A DNA stretch of 64,000 bases from the human T2T-CHM13v2.0 reference genome, Homo sapiens: the NCBI RefSeq assembly GCF_009914755.1, contig NC_060933.1; one strand, written 5' to 3'. How positions within the stretch are numbered: position 1 is the stretch's first letter; each line of letters starts with the position of its first letter. This document shows, one piece after another, positions 1-13,096 of the stretch. The translations under genes and the position numbers were made by a program. The notes under the pieces were generated by a model. It did no database searches. It was not told where the DNA came from and saw only the letters and a program-made list of their open reading frames with translations.

Positions 1-2930
1 TCCTAAGCCATGGGTGCTATTCATCCTTACTCTTTCTAGCTGTAAACAAAATATTTCAAAACAACCTTTTTTGATAGTTCTTACCTTGCTGACTGTAGCT
101 TTCCTGGTGCTGGTCTTACTGGTGTGACCCCTGTAGCTTTGTGCCTTTGGTTTTTCGAGCATGCCTTTAAGATCTTACCTCTTTGGAGGGCCCTCTTCCG
201 GGTCATGTTGATTTCTCTAGGTTCTACTCCAACCCCACTCCTGAGTTTCCTGGTCAGGACTCTTAGTGGCTGTTACTTTTCTTAAGAACATCTTATCTTT
301 CCTGAAAAGTCTTCTATTTTAGTCCCAAATGGTGGCACCCTACCTTTTTTTTTTCTTGGATTTTTTAATATGTTTAGATGTCTGCCCATTCACTCATTTC
401 TCTTTCATCTATTCCAAAAGGATTTAAGGTAGCTCCAAAAATACATACGGCCAAATGAAAATGGAAGTGAGGAAACACAAGTGAATGGAAATAGGATAGA
501 AAGTAGGTGCGGCTATGTGCAGGGGATATCTAGATTAGGTTCTGAGGCAGAGGGCTGTCCTTTAGGGGTAAGAGAGAAACAAGCTAGTTGCTTGGGAAGA
601 ACTGAACTATTCTCTTAAGCCCGAAGAGCTGTCCTTCCTCATAAACAGGGTCCCGTGGGTCAGCGCTGACTCCCACATATGCATTCCTTAGAAAGCTGAA
701 CAAAATGAGCAAAAAACCTCTACCGCCAAAATGAGTGCTCTTGTTTTCTTTATTTCTTTAGTTCTGCACTTTCCCACATTATTGCCACATGAGTGTTAGT
801 CCTATGGATACATATTAAAGCTAGTAGACGTCTCAGACAACACTGGACATGAATGAGAGAAATATAAATATTTACCACCTTGCGGGGGGGAGGAGGGCTC
901 CATAAAATGCTGTAAACAATGTAACAATTGCTTTTCAATGATTATAACTCTAAGTTTGATAAGAACAGCTTATACATATATATATATCCATGTATTGGGG
1001 GGACACCTACTTGTTTGAAATGAATCTAAAATGTCTGAAAGTTGAGTGAGATGTTTCTTAAGAAATGTTCTTGTGGTGGGTGTCAGGCACCTTATGGGAC
1101 TGGAGACCTCGGGGAATGTCAGGAAAGACAGATCTTCCCCGACCCCCTGCCCAAACCTGCTGCTCACAGCTGCCCCAGAGGCTTCCTATAAGGAGAGGGG
1201 CCACCAAGGAGAGCACAGTGCGGCTTTTCTAACCTAGGAGGGTTTTTTGTCTTACGGCAGGTTTTGCTTAACAAACGGGACTGTGGGATGGGAAATGATA
1301 CCATCCTATTCTTTTGTTGTGTTTGTTGTTGTAATCTGATTTCTATCTCCAAGTGCACAGTTTTTAACCATAGAAAGCTTATTTATCTCTTTTGAAAAAA
1401 AATTGACATAGTAAAATTAAGCAAATACCTATTAAAACTGGCATATAATAAGACCAAAAAATCTCGAACACCCTATGAATGCAGGGTGAGCCACAGTGCA
1501 GAAACTCTGCAAAGCCACACAGTGCAGTGAGCTGCGGGGCTAGGACTGCTTTCCTCTTTAGGACCTAGACAGGTTGGCTCACTGACATCTTCATTTATCC
1601 ATCAGCATTAGGCTGACTATTAAAGTGAAGGGGGCACACAATTGTCCCAGGACAGAAGCTGTAACCTGAATCTATCCTGGCAGACTGGGGTGTATTGGCC
1701 ACTCCTCTGCCTTCAGCTTTTTTTCTTTTTTTTTTTTGCTTTTCTTTTTGATTGCTGGAAAAGCCAGCTTATTGCCCTCCACAGCTGTTTGCTTTTTAAA
1801 AACCAGCCCCCCTTTCAGGATGTTTGACACCAGGAAAGATGTCGGTGTGGTCAAGTCAGTGTCCATCATCTCATCAGTTTGGATCATGGCCCCTTGTACA
1901 GAGAGAAGGAGGATTTTATCTGTAACTCAGAACCGTGGGTGAGCCATGTAGCTCTGACATTGGAGTAGGAAAGCACAAAGCAATTAAAAATAATTAATGA
2001 TTTCTGAATATCAGCCTTCTCCATGCAGTTTTAATCTAGTCCTCATTTAAATTGGAAGATGGACATTTAATTATCAGTATTATGAAATTCATGATTTATA
2101 TATTTCATCCAATTGGATAAAATTTCTGCCACCAGCTTTTCATCTTATGATGAAAAAAATGTGTATCTTACAATGTGATCATTTAAAAACTCATCTACAG
2201 CATACCAAACAATTCCAAACATATTTTCCTTTCATTTGCAGTGATTACATGATTTCTGTCTCTTAATTAGGAAAAAAAAAACTCACCCGGGAAATTGAAA
2301 ATAAACTTAATACTTTAATGATCAGGAAGCACTGCAGGGTTGGGAAAATGAAGGGTAAAAGACTCAAACAATGGGGTGCTTGAGAAGCGCTGTTCTCTCC
2401 TGTGTCAGGTGTGCTAACACAACTGCTTGGCATGTTGTAATGTTCATGGTTTGATGCCACAGAATTTGCATCCACATTCTGGGTGTGCCATGTGCCTGTG
2501 GTTCTCCTTTTCCCTGTGCTCGGGTGAGTGTGTGGGCTGAGTGAGTGTGTTCCTGATAACCACCAAGGAGGGAAAGAGCCACTGTCTTCTGGTGCAAGCC
2601 CCTGAGTAGTGTTAGCCTCTGCTTTCACAGGGGTCCCTGTGGCCCTTGTCTTCAGTGGATATGTTCTCGTGGCTCGGGGTGGCATTGCATTTCTGACCCT
2701 GGCTTCCCTGAGGTTCTTCGCTCCACAGAGGATTTTCGTAATCACCGACAACTGGCTCAAGCGGTGGTGGGTGAGCGTATGGGAGGGTTGCCCCAGATCT
2801 GAGACAGGAACATCAGTTTGGCACAGCCACTGATAATAGCATATGGGAAAATTCCTGAATGAAGTGAAAAGATATGTATAATAATTGTGCTTGAACCAAG
2901 GAGGAAAGAAGTCATTTTAAAGACAGATAC

Positions 2931-2980
2931 ATTTTTATCATCACCTATAAGAACCATTTTTATCATCCCCTATAAGAACC
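2931..2980 (+). repeat. 25-bp tandem duplication
   Basis: ATTTTTATCATC(A/C)CCTATAAGAACC x2, one mismatch. Confidence 0.9.
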
Positions 2981-4542
2981 CTTGTCTATCCATCTCCTCT
3001 TGCCCTGACTGACAACAAAATCAAGTATAAAGAAAAATAGAATAAGAAAAAGAAGAAATGAATGGGAGCGGATGGGGAATTGATCGCATGGTGTATTTGT
3101 ATATCCTGATGTAAAAGGTGCGGCTGACAGGTGGCCAGGTTTGCTCCGTACACAACCATGTGTGTGCTGTCAGGCGCACGCACACTGCCTTGTTTCGATT
3201 GATGAATTGCCTGCTTTCTTGATTAAACCTTCCGTCACTTAAGAAACAAAAAGCCTGTGTTTAGATGGCAGAGTGGGACATGTCAAAAAAATCTGTCTCC
3301 TTTACCTTTGTGCAGATGTTGGGCACAGACTGTAACATGTATTATTAAAATGAATGTGGCATTTACTGTGCATTATTCCTTTCCTGGGAGAAAGGACTGT
3401 AAATTATATGCTAATAATAAGCTTTAACCCTTTCGAAATGCAAAAGATTTAAGAGTGCAAATATTCATGTAGGCCTGGCTAATTGGATGTGCTTTTCTAC
3501 ATCCACCACGGTGGCTGTGTCACTGAAGTTAATGAACAGCGTGTGCAGGCAGACACACAGGGCACTTGGGGAACTCCTGCCTCCTGGAGGTTTTCTGCAG
3601 TGCGAGTGCCTCCTCCTGGACTTCACAGAGAGATAGACCCTGAGAACCCTGAGCTGGGCTCTGGGTCATCTTACTCCAGATGAAGTCCATGGTCAGGATC
3701 AGTTCCCCAGCAGGTCCTCTGCAGCTGAGTGTTAAGCGTGGGACCTCTCTTCGCACACCTGCATTCTCACTTAGAATGCAGGGCCCACAGAAGGCCGTGG
3801 GCCCGGGCCTTCTGGGCTGCAGTCTGGCAGGTATCAGGCTTTGGTGCCCAGCCCTTACTTGACTCTCTTCCTTGACCAGGCTTTTCTAGCCTCAGCCCAG
3901 TTGCCCAGGTAGCTGACTCATCTCTCCAAAGACCTCCTTGGTCCCCTTGCTCCTCAGATCACACCTTTGTGCCCCTCCACAGCCTGACTGCATTCATTCA
4001 GACCTCAGACCTCACCTGCCTGGTGTTGGGGCTGTCAACAACCAGCCCCACCCGTGTCCCACCAGCCTGGGTCGCTCCCTGCGTCCTCCTTGCCTTTGTC
4101 TTGCGCTATGCTTGCACCGCCACTCCAGCAGCTCAGATTTCACCACCTTCTCTTCTCTCTGTCCCCGGCTGTGGCTCTGAAGGCCACTCCCAAGCTGCCT
4201 CTCCATCAGGCTTTTCTGATTCCTCTCCCGCTGCTGATGCTCTCTCCTGGTTTACCCCACACTACTCTGTTGGAGAGTTTTCACCTGTGAGCACCTTGAG
4301 TGAGAGGGCAGAGACCATATTTAGAGAGAATGGAGGCTCCCCTCTTTTTTTTTTTTTAATTGAGGAGGATGTAGGTAAACAAAGGCAAAGACAAGAGCAA
4401 GATTGTTCACTCCATTCACTCAACAGTCACCGAGAGCTGCCCTGTCCTGTGCTCCTGAGGGCAAGCCTGCTGCCCTGATAGGGCATTTGGGGTTGGAAGC
4501 ATAGGGTCAGAATCTTGGCTCTGACACATACTGGCCATCATA

Positions 4543-4650
4543 CAGTGCTGCTGTGAGCAGTTGCCAAGGTTGTGCACTGCACAAAATATGTGACTAGCAT
4601 CCTCTAGAACTGTACAAGGACCCTGCACAATGCTACTTTGGGCAATGCTA
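4543..4650. mobile_element. MER91-like (hAT-Tip100) DNA transposon relic
   Basis: CAGTGCTGCTGTGAGCAGTTGCCAAGGTTGTGCACTGCACAA at the left end and a degenerate inverted CCTGCACAA end; resembles the recalled MER91B/C consensus. Confidence 0.55.
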
Positions 4651-6339
4651 GTATCCATACCTTTAAAACAATGCAGTAATGCCCGTTTCCTTCCTGGATT
4701 GTTGTGAAGATCTAGGGTAGGTAAGAACATTTCATAAACCAGGAAGCAGTGTAGGAATGTCACTTCTCTCCTTATTCAGCTCCCCTACAGGGATGTGATC
4801 CAAGAAAGAGCCCAAAGACTTGTTGAGAATTATCACATGGGACACGCTGGCTTGGGCCCAGCACGGTCTTCATCTTCTTAGCCGTGTGCTTCCTTATATA
4901 ATTTTGATATATAAGATTACTTCTCAGAGTGCTCAGAGGAAATTTCTTCCTCAGTCCAGAGAAACTTGCAATAAAAGGCTCTCTGGCATGGCTCAGCTCA
5001 GTACCCCCTGGAAGCCGAGACATTCTGTCACGCATCACCACTTAGAAGTGGGCTATTTTCCGTGGCAAGCAGCCCACGATCCCTTTCTCAAGAAGGTGAC
5101 AGAATGATGGCTTGGGGGCAGGAAGGAGAGAAGTGCTTGGCAGCGTGAGGCTGCAACTTCTATAAAATCTTTCAATGTACCTTTGGTTTTTTGGAGGAAA
5201 AGTGCCTGGGGGGCTGATTTCTGCTCTAGGCTTTCATTTCTGCTTTTCCTGTGCCCCATGGGTAGGAAGAAGTTAAGACTTTTTCCAGTTAAGTCATCAT
5301 GAAAAATAAAAATATTACTAGGTGACAGATACCTCAGTGCTCTTAAACAGGCGGCCACCTTCCCACTGTGCTTTCCTTCTCTTTTTGGTTTTTAAGCATG
5401 GCAGAGCTTAGGCGGCACTGGTTTAATGGGCCACATCCCCTTCTTAACTTGGAAAAGGGTTAAATCTGTGGTCCAGGCAGCCGAGGGCAGCTGGATGAAG
5501 CAGGGTGGGAGCCCAAACAGCTGGGTGCAGGCCCTGTCTCTCCCACCGACTAGCCGAGTGAGGCCAGCAGAGATCCTAGCCTTTCTGGATCTAAATTCCA
5601 CATCTCTCCATATCAGCAATTGCAGTAACAATATCGATCATTTGAACATAGCAATAGGTCGGCTCATTCTTATGGGACGCTTCCTGTGCACCAGGCATTG
5701 TCTGGTGTTTAAGGTGGAGGTGGTAATGCCCACCTCCCAGGACTTAAAGCTATGTGGGAAGGAGGCTTGTATATTCTGCAGCTTGAGATGCCCCAGGCCT
5801 CGCAGTGGCCAGCAAATGTGCATTTACTGCCCCTGGACTTCACAGACATTCTGTCCAAACACTGCCTTGACTGTAACGTTCCTAAACACATGAACACAGA
5901 AAAACCAACTTTCTGATACCTTTCTCCCTGTATGTTTATCTTCTTTGTCTAGTTTTTCAGCAGAAATATGCCCGTTTCCCCCTGATAATTCCCTTCCTTA
6001 GAGACAGCATAATTGTAGACCTGGCCAGAGAAATGCTGAAAACAAAGGGAACCCCCTTGAGCCCAGCCCTTCACCTGCTCTTAGCACTTCTTCAGAGGTT
6101 TACTCTGGAGTGAATGAAGTAGTGTGACCAGACACTCCTGCCTAGAGGCAGCTTATACCAAATTAGCCTTTTGTTTCTTTCTCTACCTCTGTCTCTCTCA
6201 AAATAATAAACTCTCAGCTGAGAGGGGAAAATGATGAAGGCAACTTCTTTCATTGAAACACGTTTAGTTGTTTTTGCATTATTAAAATGGATTAAATTAA
6301 TTAAATGAATTTACTGAATAATACCCAGCCTTCCTCTTA

Positions 6340-6555
6340 CTTACCCTGTGTAAGGTATGGCATATGCACTTGCCATGCATTATGTTATTTAATCCCAACA
6401 AATCCTTAACCAAGAAAATCTTTTACAGATGGGGAAACTGAGGTCTTGAGAGCTTGTGATCAGCTCACAGTTACACCTGTGGTACGTGGCAGGGCTGAGA
6501 TTCAGACCCAGGTCTCTTTGACTGCAGACATTGAGCTCGAAACCACGGTACTGAG
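6340..6555 (-). mobile_element. MIR SINE
   Basis: Core TTTTACAGATGGGGAAACTGAGG...GGGCTGAGATTCAGACCCAGGTCT. Confidence 0.8.
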
Positions 6556-6854
6556 GATGCTTCTTTAGCACAGGTTGCGTGTGACCGTTTCCCTCCCCTC
6601 ATCAACTTGAAGGTTGGAAATGGCACACAGACCTGGAGTGAATCGTGCTAGGACTAACTTGGTGTACTGGGCCTCAGCACTGTTTAAACTCTCACGTGGG
6701 CCCCTGGATGATCATCTCTGGGACCTCATCAGAGTGAGGCCTTTGACACTTGGCTGATGGCAATGCTGGATCCAAAGGAAAAAAGGAATAGGGGGTGTGG
6801 CTCCCATCACTCTTGCTGGGCAAAACGGTGAAGGTGGGGAGCCCAAGGCCTCCT

Positions 6855-7005
6855 TACTTAAAGTTAAATGACCTTGGGCAAGGAACTGAACCCTTCTGTG
6901 CCTTTGTCTCCTTACCTGTAAAATGGGGGTGACGGTGACTTATGGTGAAGCTTAGAACCATGCCTGGGACACAGAAAGTGCTATTGATGTATTGCTGTGA
7001 TTGTT
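6855..7005 (+). mobile_element. MIR SINE
   Basis: TGACCTTGGGCAAG...CCTGTAAAATGGGG...TTAGAACCATGCCTGGGACACAG. Confidence 0.8.
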
Positions 7006-7060
7006 GGTATCCACAGCCCTGCCCTCCCAGCCTCTTCTCAGATCCTTTCCCAGCCAGGAA

Positions 7061-7125
7061 AGGGGATACACCAGGTATCCCCTCTGATACACCAGGTATC
7101 CCCTTTGATACACCAGGTATCAAAG
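7061..7125. repeat. 21-bp tandem repeat x3 of self-complementary GATAC-ACCAG-GTATC units
   Basis: Read directly: aggggatacaccaggtatcccctctgatacaccaggtatcccctttgatacaccaggtatcaaag. Confidence 0.9.
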
Positions 7126-8759
7126 AACCTCTGCCTTCATAGTGGGGGCTGCACTAGCCTTGCTGCTATAAACCTGTGTCTGGGGGAGCCCTTGGCACTG
7201 GGATGTCTCTTCGTGGTGGCCTTCTCTTAGCCTATAGTGATGGTGGGCAGCCCAAGCCCATCGTTTCACTTATTGGGTCTGACCCCCAAGTGTTCTTCTC
7301 CCCTACTCTAGCTCTCCTGTTCCGTGAGTCCCTGTACCCTGCCCATGGGCAGGGCTCTAGTTTGAACTGATAGTCACCTGTGTGCTGCCCTGCCTTTCCT
7401 GCTTGGAAGCTTCATTCTCTAGATTGGGCCTCCTAAGAGCCAACTTCTCCTAAACCCAAGCCCAAGATTACTGAGCCATTGCAGCCCGTGAGCATTCCTT
7501 GTGAGTATTCCCTGTGAGTGCTCCAGAATAACCCTCACCTGTGACCCAGTCATTCCCAGCCCCAGCTTCCACTCCTGCCTGCTTCCAGCCCCCTGAGTCC
7601 TCCAGCTGCCAGCATTGCCGAGCTCAAGCATCTCTGAGTTAAGACAGTAGTGGCAGGGCATTGGATTCCGAGTTGGGGTAAACTCTCGATGGCCTGCTAA
7701 GGATGGATACATGCGGTGCCAGAACTTGGGGAGAAGTTGAACAGTCGCACAAGCTTTGGTGATGAGATTTATCTTTCAGCTCTTACACAGTATGAGGGTC
7801 CCCCTTTTTTGTCAGAATGAATGCATTTAACTGCTGACATTAGGACAAAAGAAATTCCGATCTTTTTTAGAACAACGAAGCCACCTGTCTTGTTTGGACA
7901 GAGTACCTGAATCCAACTACTGTCACACAGTTGGTGTTTGTGCCCTGAATACTGAATGGCTTTTTCCCTCTTTTTATTAATGGCCAGTGATAGTCCTAAA
8001 TGCATTTATGTTTAAAAAAAAAAATCTTCAATCCTGCAGCCTGGAGTTTGGATGGAATATATTTATCACCTATCCCAGAGAATAAGGTTCTTGATTCCCC
8101 AGATTTGTCTTACAATTGTCTGTAAGACAATGAATGATGCAGAACTCTCCTCCAAGGTTGAGATCCTTTGTTAGAGAGCAGTTTCTTACGCCTGACTTGT
8201 TTTATAGCATGAACGATCGCATGATCCACTGGCGAGGCAACATCCATAATTTTGAATGAGGGAGTAAAGCTTGCCTCGGTGGCCCTAAGCATCGCTTCTG
8301 GTGACACACTTAGAAGTCCTTAATCGCTTGCTACCTAGAGGCAATAAACACACCTATCTTTATGTTCCATTGCCTGTGTGTTTACCTGAAATATGCCCTG
8401 CGTAGCAAAATGCCAGTTTCACTCCTGTGAGAAGGTCCTTGGCTCATGAATTGCACGGCCTTCACTCACCCCTATTTTGCCAAAGGTGGTAGTGCCTTTT
8501 GTAGGCCCAAGACGTAGCTTCTTTGGCCAGGAAACCCCTTGGCTATTTATGCTTCTTGTAAAACTCTGGCCATTTGCTTGGTTTCCGAGTTCTAAGAAAG
8601 GAGATCCATCTCTGGTCATCATGTGGAGTTCAGGGTTCATTCTGGAGGGCAAGATGATGTCTCCTTCACTGGTGTGTGCCTGATGCCCAATGCCCAGCCC
8701 AGGGCCTAGCATACAGGGGATGTTCCATGACACTCAATGTTTCGTTGATTCTGAGAGGA

Positions 8760-8990
8760 CCTGGGTCTTAGAACTGGTTCACCCTTTTGTATCCACCCTT
8801 TCCAGCTACATTACTTTAGACAGTTTATATAACATTGCAGTCTGTTTTCTTTTTTTTTTTGTAATTTTGAATTATATTTTCTCTTCTGAATTTGAGGATT
8901 AAAGATAATGTACATGAAATACCCAGTGCCTAGTACCAAGAGGGCACTCCAGAAGCGGAGCTGCTATAACTGCCGTAAATATTGTTATTC
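8760..8990 (+). mobile_element. MIR SINE (degenerate)
   Basis: TGAGGATTAAAGATAATGTACATGAAATACCCAGTGCCTAGTAC 3' part. Confidence 0.6.
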
Positions 8991-10979
8991 CAGGGAATTG
9001 CTGCCTATTATACCAGAAGGCACTGGTCTCATTCACCCTGCAGTGTGACCTCACCTAAAAGTCCAGCTGGGGATGGAGAGGGTGCAGCTGACAGAGGGAG
9101 CTCATGAATGGTGGGACCTGGCATGGCTCAGGGAAACTTTTGGCATAATAGAAGGCAAACCCTCCCTTCTAGTTCAGAAATGTGTAATTGCTGGAGATGT
9201 TAGCTTGCTACTGGGTAAAATGATTTTAAAGAGAGAACTTCTCAACATTTAAATCAGCCTCAATTTTCCATGTTCCTTTTCATCAAGTCAGCTCTGGTTT
9301 GAGAAGGGATCATATCGGCACTCAACCCTTTAAATGATTTTCCTTCTTTGCCTTTCTTTTTCTTTCTCTTTGGCCTTGGCTCCTTCCTTTCCAACCACTC
9401 CCCTCCCAGAACCTCTTATTTTAGCCAAAAAAAAAAAAAAAAAAGTTTCTTTCCTTGCTCCAGAATCACACCACCCACCGAGCACATCATCTGGAAGTCC
9501 CCTGTCCCTGAGCTCACTTGCTGCCAGGCCGGCGGCACCCAGAGGCTCGAAGGCCACAGGGGCACACCGTCTTTTCTCAGGGTTGGAGAGAGTAGATTAG
9601 ACAACATCCTCAGATGTCCCGTCTCATGGCAGGTCACTGCCACTGTGAAGGGTACGGCTGTAGATGCGGGGGGACTGCTTGTTTCTTCAGGCTACATTTT
9701 TTAAAAAGAGATCATACCTTTTCTTTGGATTTAATGAGGACAGACATTTTAATCAGAGGTTAGTCATTTATTTTTGCAAACTATTGTTTTGATTCATCAT
9801 TTTTGCAGATAATTAAATGGTTCAGTTGGCACAGTATGTCTACTTTATTAAAACAGGTAATTTTGGGGAAAAAAAGAGATGCTGTTTTTTGGATCACTGC
9901 ACAAGAATTGCTTTTATCTTCATCTTTGAGCATAGTTTCTGGTTATTTTGCCAGGAGGCTCTCTCGTGTTCGGGCATTTGGGGTCCTTTCTGGTCTGGAG
10001 GGGCTTGCCCTTTGATGATTGGGATGTTAGCAGATACGCCCTTTGAAACGGGAGCTGAAGAGTAAATTCTGTGCAGCCGCCTTTTAGGAACACTCTTAGG
10101 TTTTAATTGGATTGGGAAAAAGAACCTACAAGTTATGAACTTTGCAGAGCAGCAGTTCTTATGCTAAAAACAGATTAATTGTAGCCCTCGCAGTGGGTGG
10201 AGTTTCAAAGTCAATTACTGCTTGTCCTATTATAATTTACACACACAGGATTTGAAAAAGTCTGCCACTTAGTATAAAAGTGAAAAGGTTACGTGTACTA
10301 GTTTGAGTATACCTATGACTTTTCATTTGTAAATGCTTTAGCTACATGTATGTGTATGTATGCAACTTGCAGCTGTGGAGCTGTAACTACATCTGTGAGC
10401 AAGATTCCTTATGAAGAGTAACCTTTAAGGTCTGGTTCCTTAAATCCGTAGTGGCTCAGCATATAGTCCTTTGTCTGGCAGTCCAGTCCACTTGTGGGCA
10501 CAGTGGCTGGCCCCTGCAGAGCCTAAGGGGCACTCCACTCATGAGTCATGAACTAGTAAGGGAATGGCCCTTCCTGGGTCAATTTTTTAAAAGCGAATTG
10601 CTCACAACATTTGCTTTCTTTAATTTTTTCCATGTTTGTGTCCTGAATCAGTTAATTTACTCATTAAAAGAATTTATTTTAGGTGGACCAATTAAAACTT
10701 TGGAAGCTAATTTTTTGCTGAGCAGAGCAGACCTCTGAAAACACAATTTATAACATGGCTTCTGCCCTTCCACAGAGAGCTGTCTTATGGTACTGTAACC
10801 TCTGGTGCTTGCAGAAGTACAAAATTGCTGTTCTTTGTCCTCCAGCTCTGGAGCTGAGCTGCCGTGTGGGTGGGTTTCTCGAGCCTTCCCATTGTTTTAG
10901 GGTGAACAGGCAAGTCTGAAAAGTCCAGCCCAGCCCAGGAGTGGCATGCTGTATTTGTTTGCTTGCGTAAACTCCATAG

Positions 10980-12200
10980 TTTAATTTTTTTTAATAGGAA
11001 GCTGCTATGTAGTTCGGATATTTAAACAGTTATTAACCGAATGACAATTAACAGATTGCATAGACAGATTTTCTTTTGAAAACCTCTGAAATTGAGTACA
11101 GTTTGCAAAACTATCACGGCATAGTAATGACAATGAATTTTGATTTCCCGGAACTGATATTAGACTCCTTATTAAACTATGTGCATCTGCTTTTAATTTA
11201 CTCCAAATAATTGGAAAATGCAATGAAGCTTTCCAATTAAAGCACGGCTTTATGCTGTTTAATAATACCCCCATAATATTATAGCTTATGAAGTGACAGG
11301 TGAGTTGGTGTATGAATAAAACATAAAGGCAGCAATAAGGGACAGAAAACCGGAGACAGTTGTGGGGATTTTAAATGCTGGATGTAATTTGCATATATTA
11401 ATCTCTTCTTTTCAGCCTTATCAGGCGTTCTTCAGTATTTGAAGTTAAAATAGCGTTGACAGGCGGGAGTACGCTTAGTTTTTTCAAGGATTTATTACTT
11501 GTATAATTTCTGATCTTTAATAAGCAGATATGACTGATCCTCATAGTTCTATAGAAATCAGTTAATTGTTCCAGATGGCGTGTACTGATTATGCAAAATT
11601 ACTTTTCACACCATTTTTTTTGTGATGGAGTTTGGAGTAAAATTAAATTTTTTATAGCCTTCTTATCATGCTGTTTTACAGTGGTTTTTCCACAGAAGTT
11701 GAATTTAATCTACTATATTACATTGACCAACACAGTTATTCTAATGTAGCATTTTGTGATTTGACAGAGAATAATAGAACACATTGCTCATTGTTCATTA
11801 CTGTGTCCCTAATAAAAAGGAACTCCTGTGTATAGAACATAGCTGTTATTTATGAAGAATGCCTAATTCATACAGTTAAAAATGCAAAATTGTATTATGA
11901 AGTAGTTCCTTTTGGGGAGAGAATATCTGGAAAAAGCAAATGGAAATAGGCTTGTTGCTGCAGATTCTACATGCTAAGGGAGGAGCCTTCTTTTAATGAC
12001 CAGCGTGTTTAAATTGTGCTACTTTCTCCTTTGAAGAAGGAAAAACCCAGATAATCTTATTCTATTAACAGAGGTGTCACTGGTTGACTTGTCTTGATTT
12101 ACATAATCCCAAAAGTCTTTCATAATTGAATAGCATTTATAAAAGGTGGTTACACTTTAGTGTAAAGTATCCAAAAAAAAAAAGTCTAAAGGTGTCAATG
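10980..12200. promoter_or_regulatory. Repeat-free AT-rich block, candidate conserved developmental enhancer
   Basis: Dense TAAT cores, octamer ATTTGCAT (11387-11394), three TGACAG (MEIS/PREP) sites at ~11294, ~11457 and ~11762. Conservation is inferred, not measured. Confidence 0.55.
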
Positions 12201-13014
12201 ATAATTCGTCTCTAACATTTTCCAAAGTGTCTGTTTATCACCAAGGCCCTTGTGTTGGTGTCGGATCCAAGTCCAGGTGGTGTGTACCCCTAGGTAACAT
12301 TCATGTAGGCTGATCCTCGTCCAGGTTCTCAGATAACACTCTCTCTATGGCTCAGCTGCTAGTGGGATATGAAGTACTCAGCCGACTCACTCCAAAATGG
12401 GACTGAGGGACTGTCACCTTGATGCAGGAGTGGATGCAGTTTCCGTCCTTTGGGAGGACCTCTTCCCAGAGCCCAGTGGGGTGGGGGTAGGGGTAGAGAG
12501 CTCTCTGTTGCATCAGAAATCCTGTTTGGATATGCGGTATTTTAAATATAGCAGTAAATCCATAGAAAAATATTTCTCTGTATATAGTCTGACCTGTTTA
12601 CAAAAGAGCCCATCACATATTAAGTCTTATCAGGACTTGTGTAGACTTGGGACTTATCTTTCTATTTTAAGTAGAGTTGAATCCCGTGTATGATACTCGA
12701 TCGCTGCAAGGTCCATCTGCTTGCTCCTGATAGTTCTGGTCCGCCTCATCAGCCATTCCACAGGCTTGAGAACACGTCCTTGTTTGAACAGACTTGAGGA
12801 GGATTTGGATCTGTTTAAAGGGTTCGATTCCCTTAGCCCTGGGGGAATCGGACTTTTTTTTTTATTTTAATACACTTCCACCAGCAACACTGATTGCTCT
12901 TCATACAGGGGGCCCTGGAGTGGAAGCAGGCCTGCGTTGATGCCTCTGAGCAGGCTCTGGAGAAACAAAGACAAGCCACAGAAAGTGGCAGACCTGGGAG
13001 CTCTGAGAGCTCTG

Positions 13015-13096
13015 GGCAGGGAGCTCACAGGGTCCGCTGGGGGTGGGGGCGCTAGGCAGGGAGCTCGCAGGGTCTGCTGGGGGTGGGGGCGCTGGG
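13015..13096 (+). repeat. 40-bp G-rich tandem duplication
   Basis: GGCAGGGAGCTC(A/G)CAGGGTC(C/T)GCTGGGGGTGGGGGCGCT x2. Confidence 0.85.
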
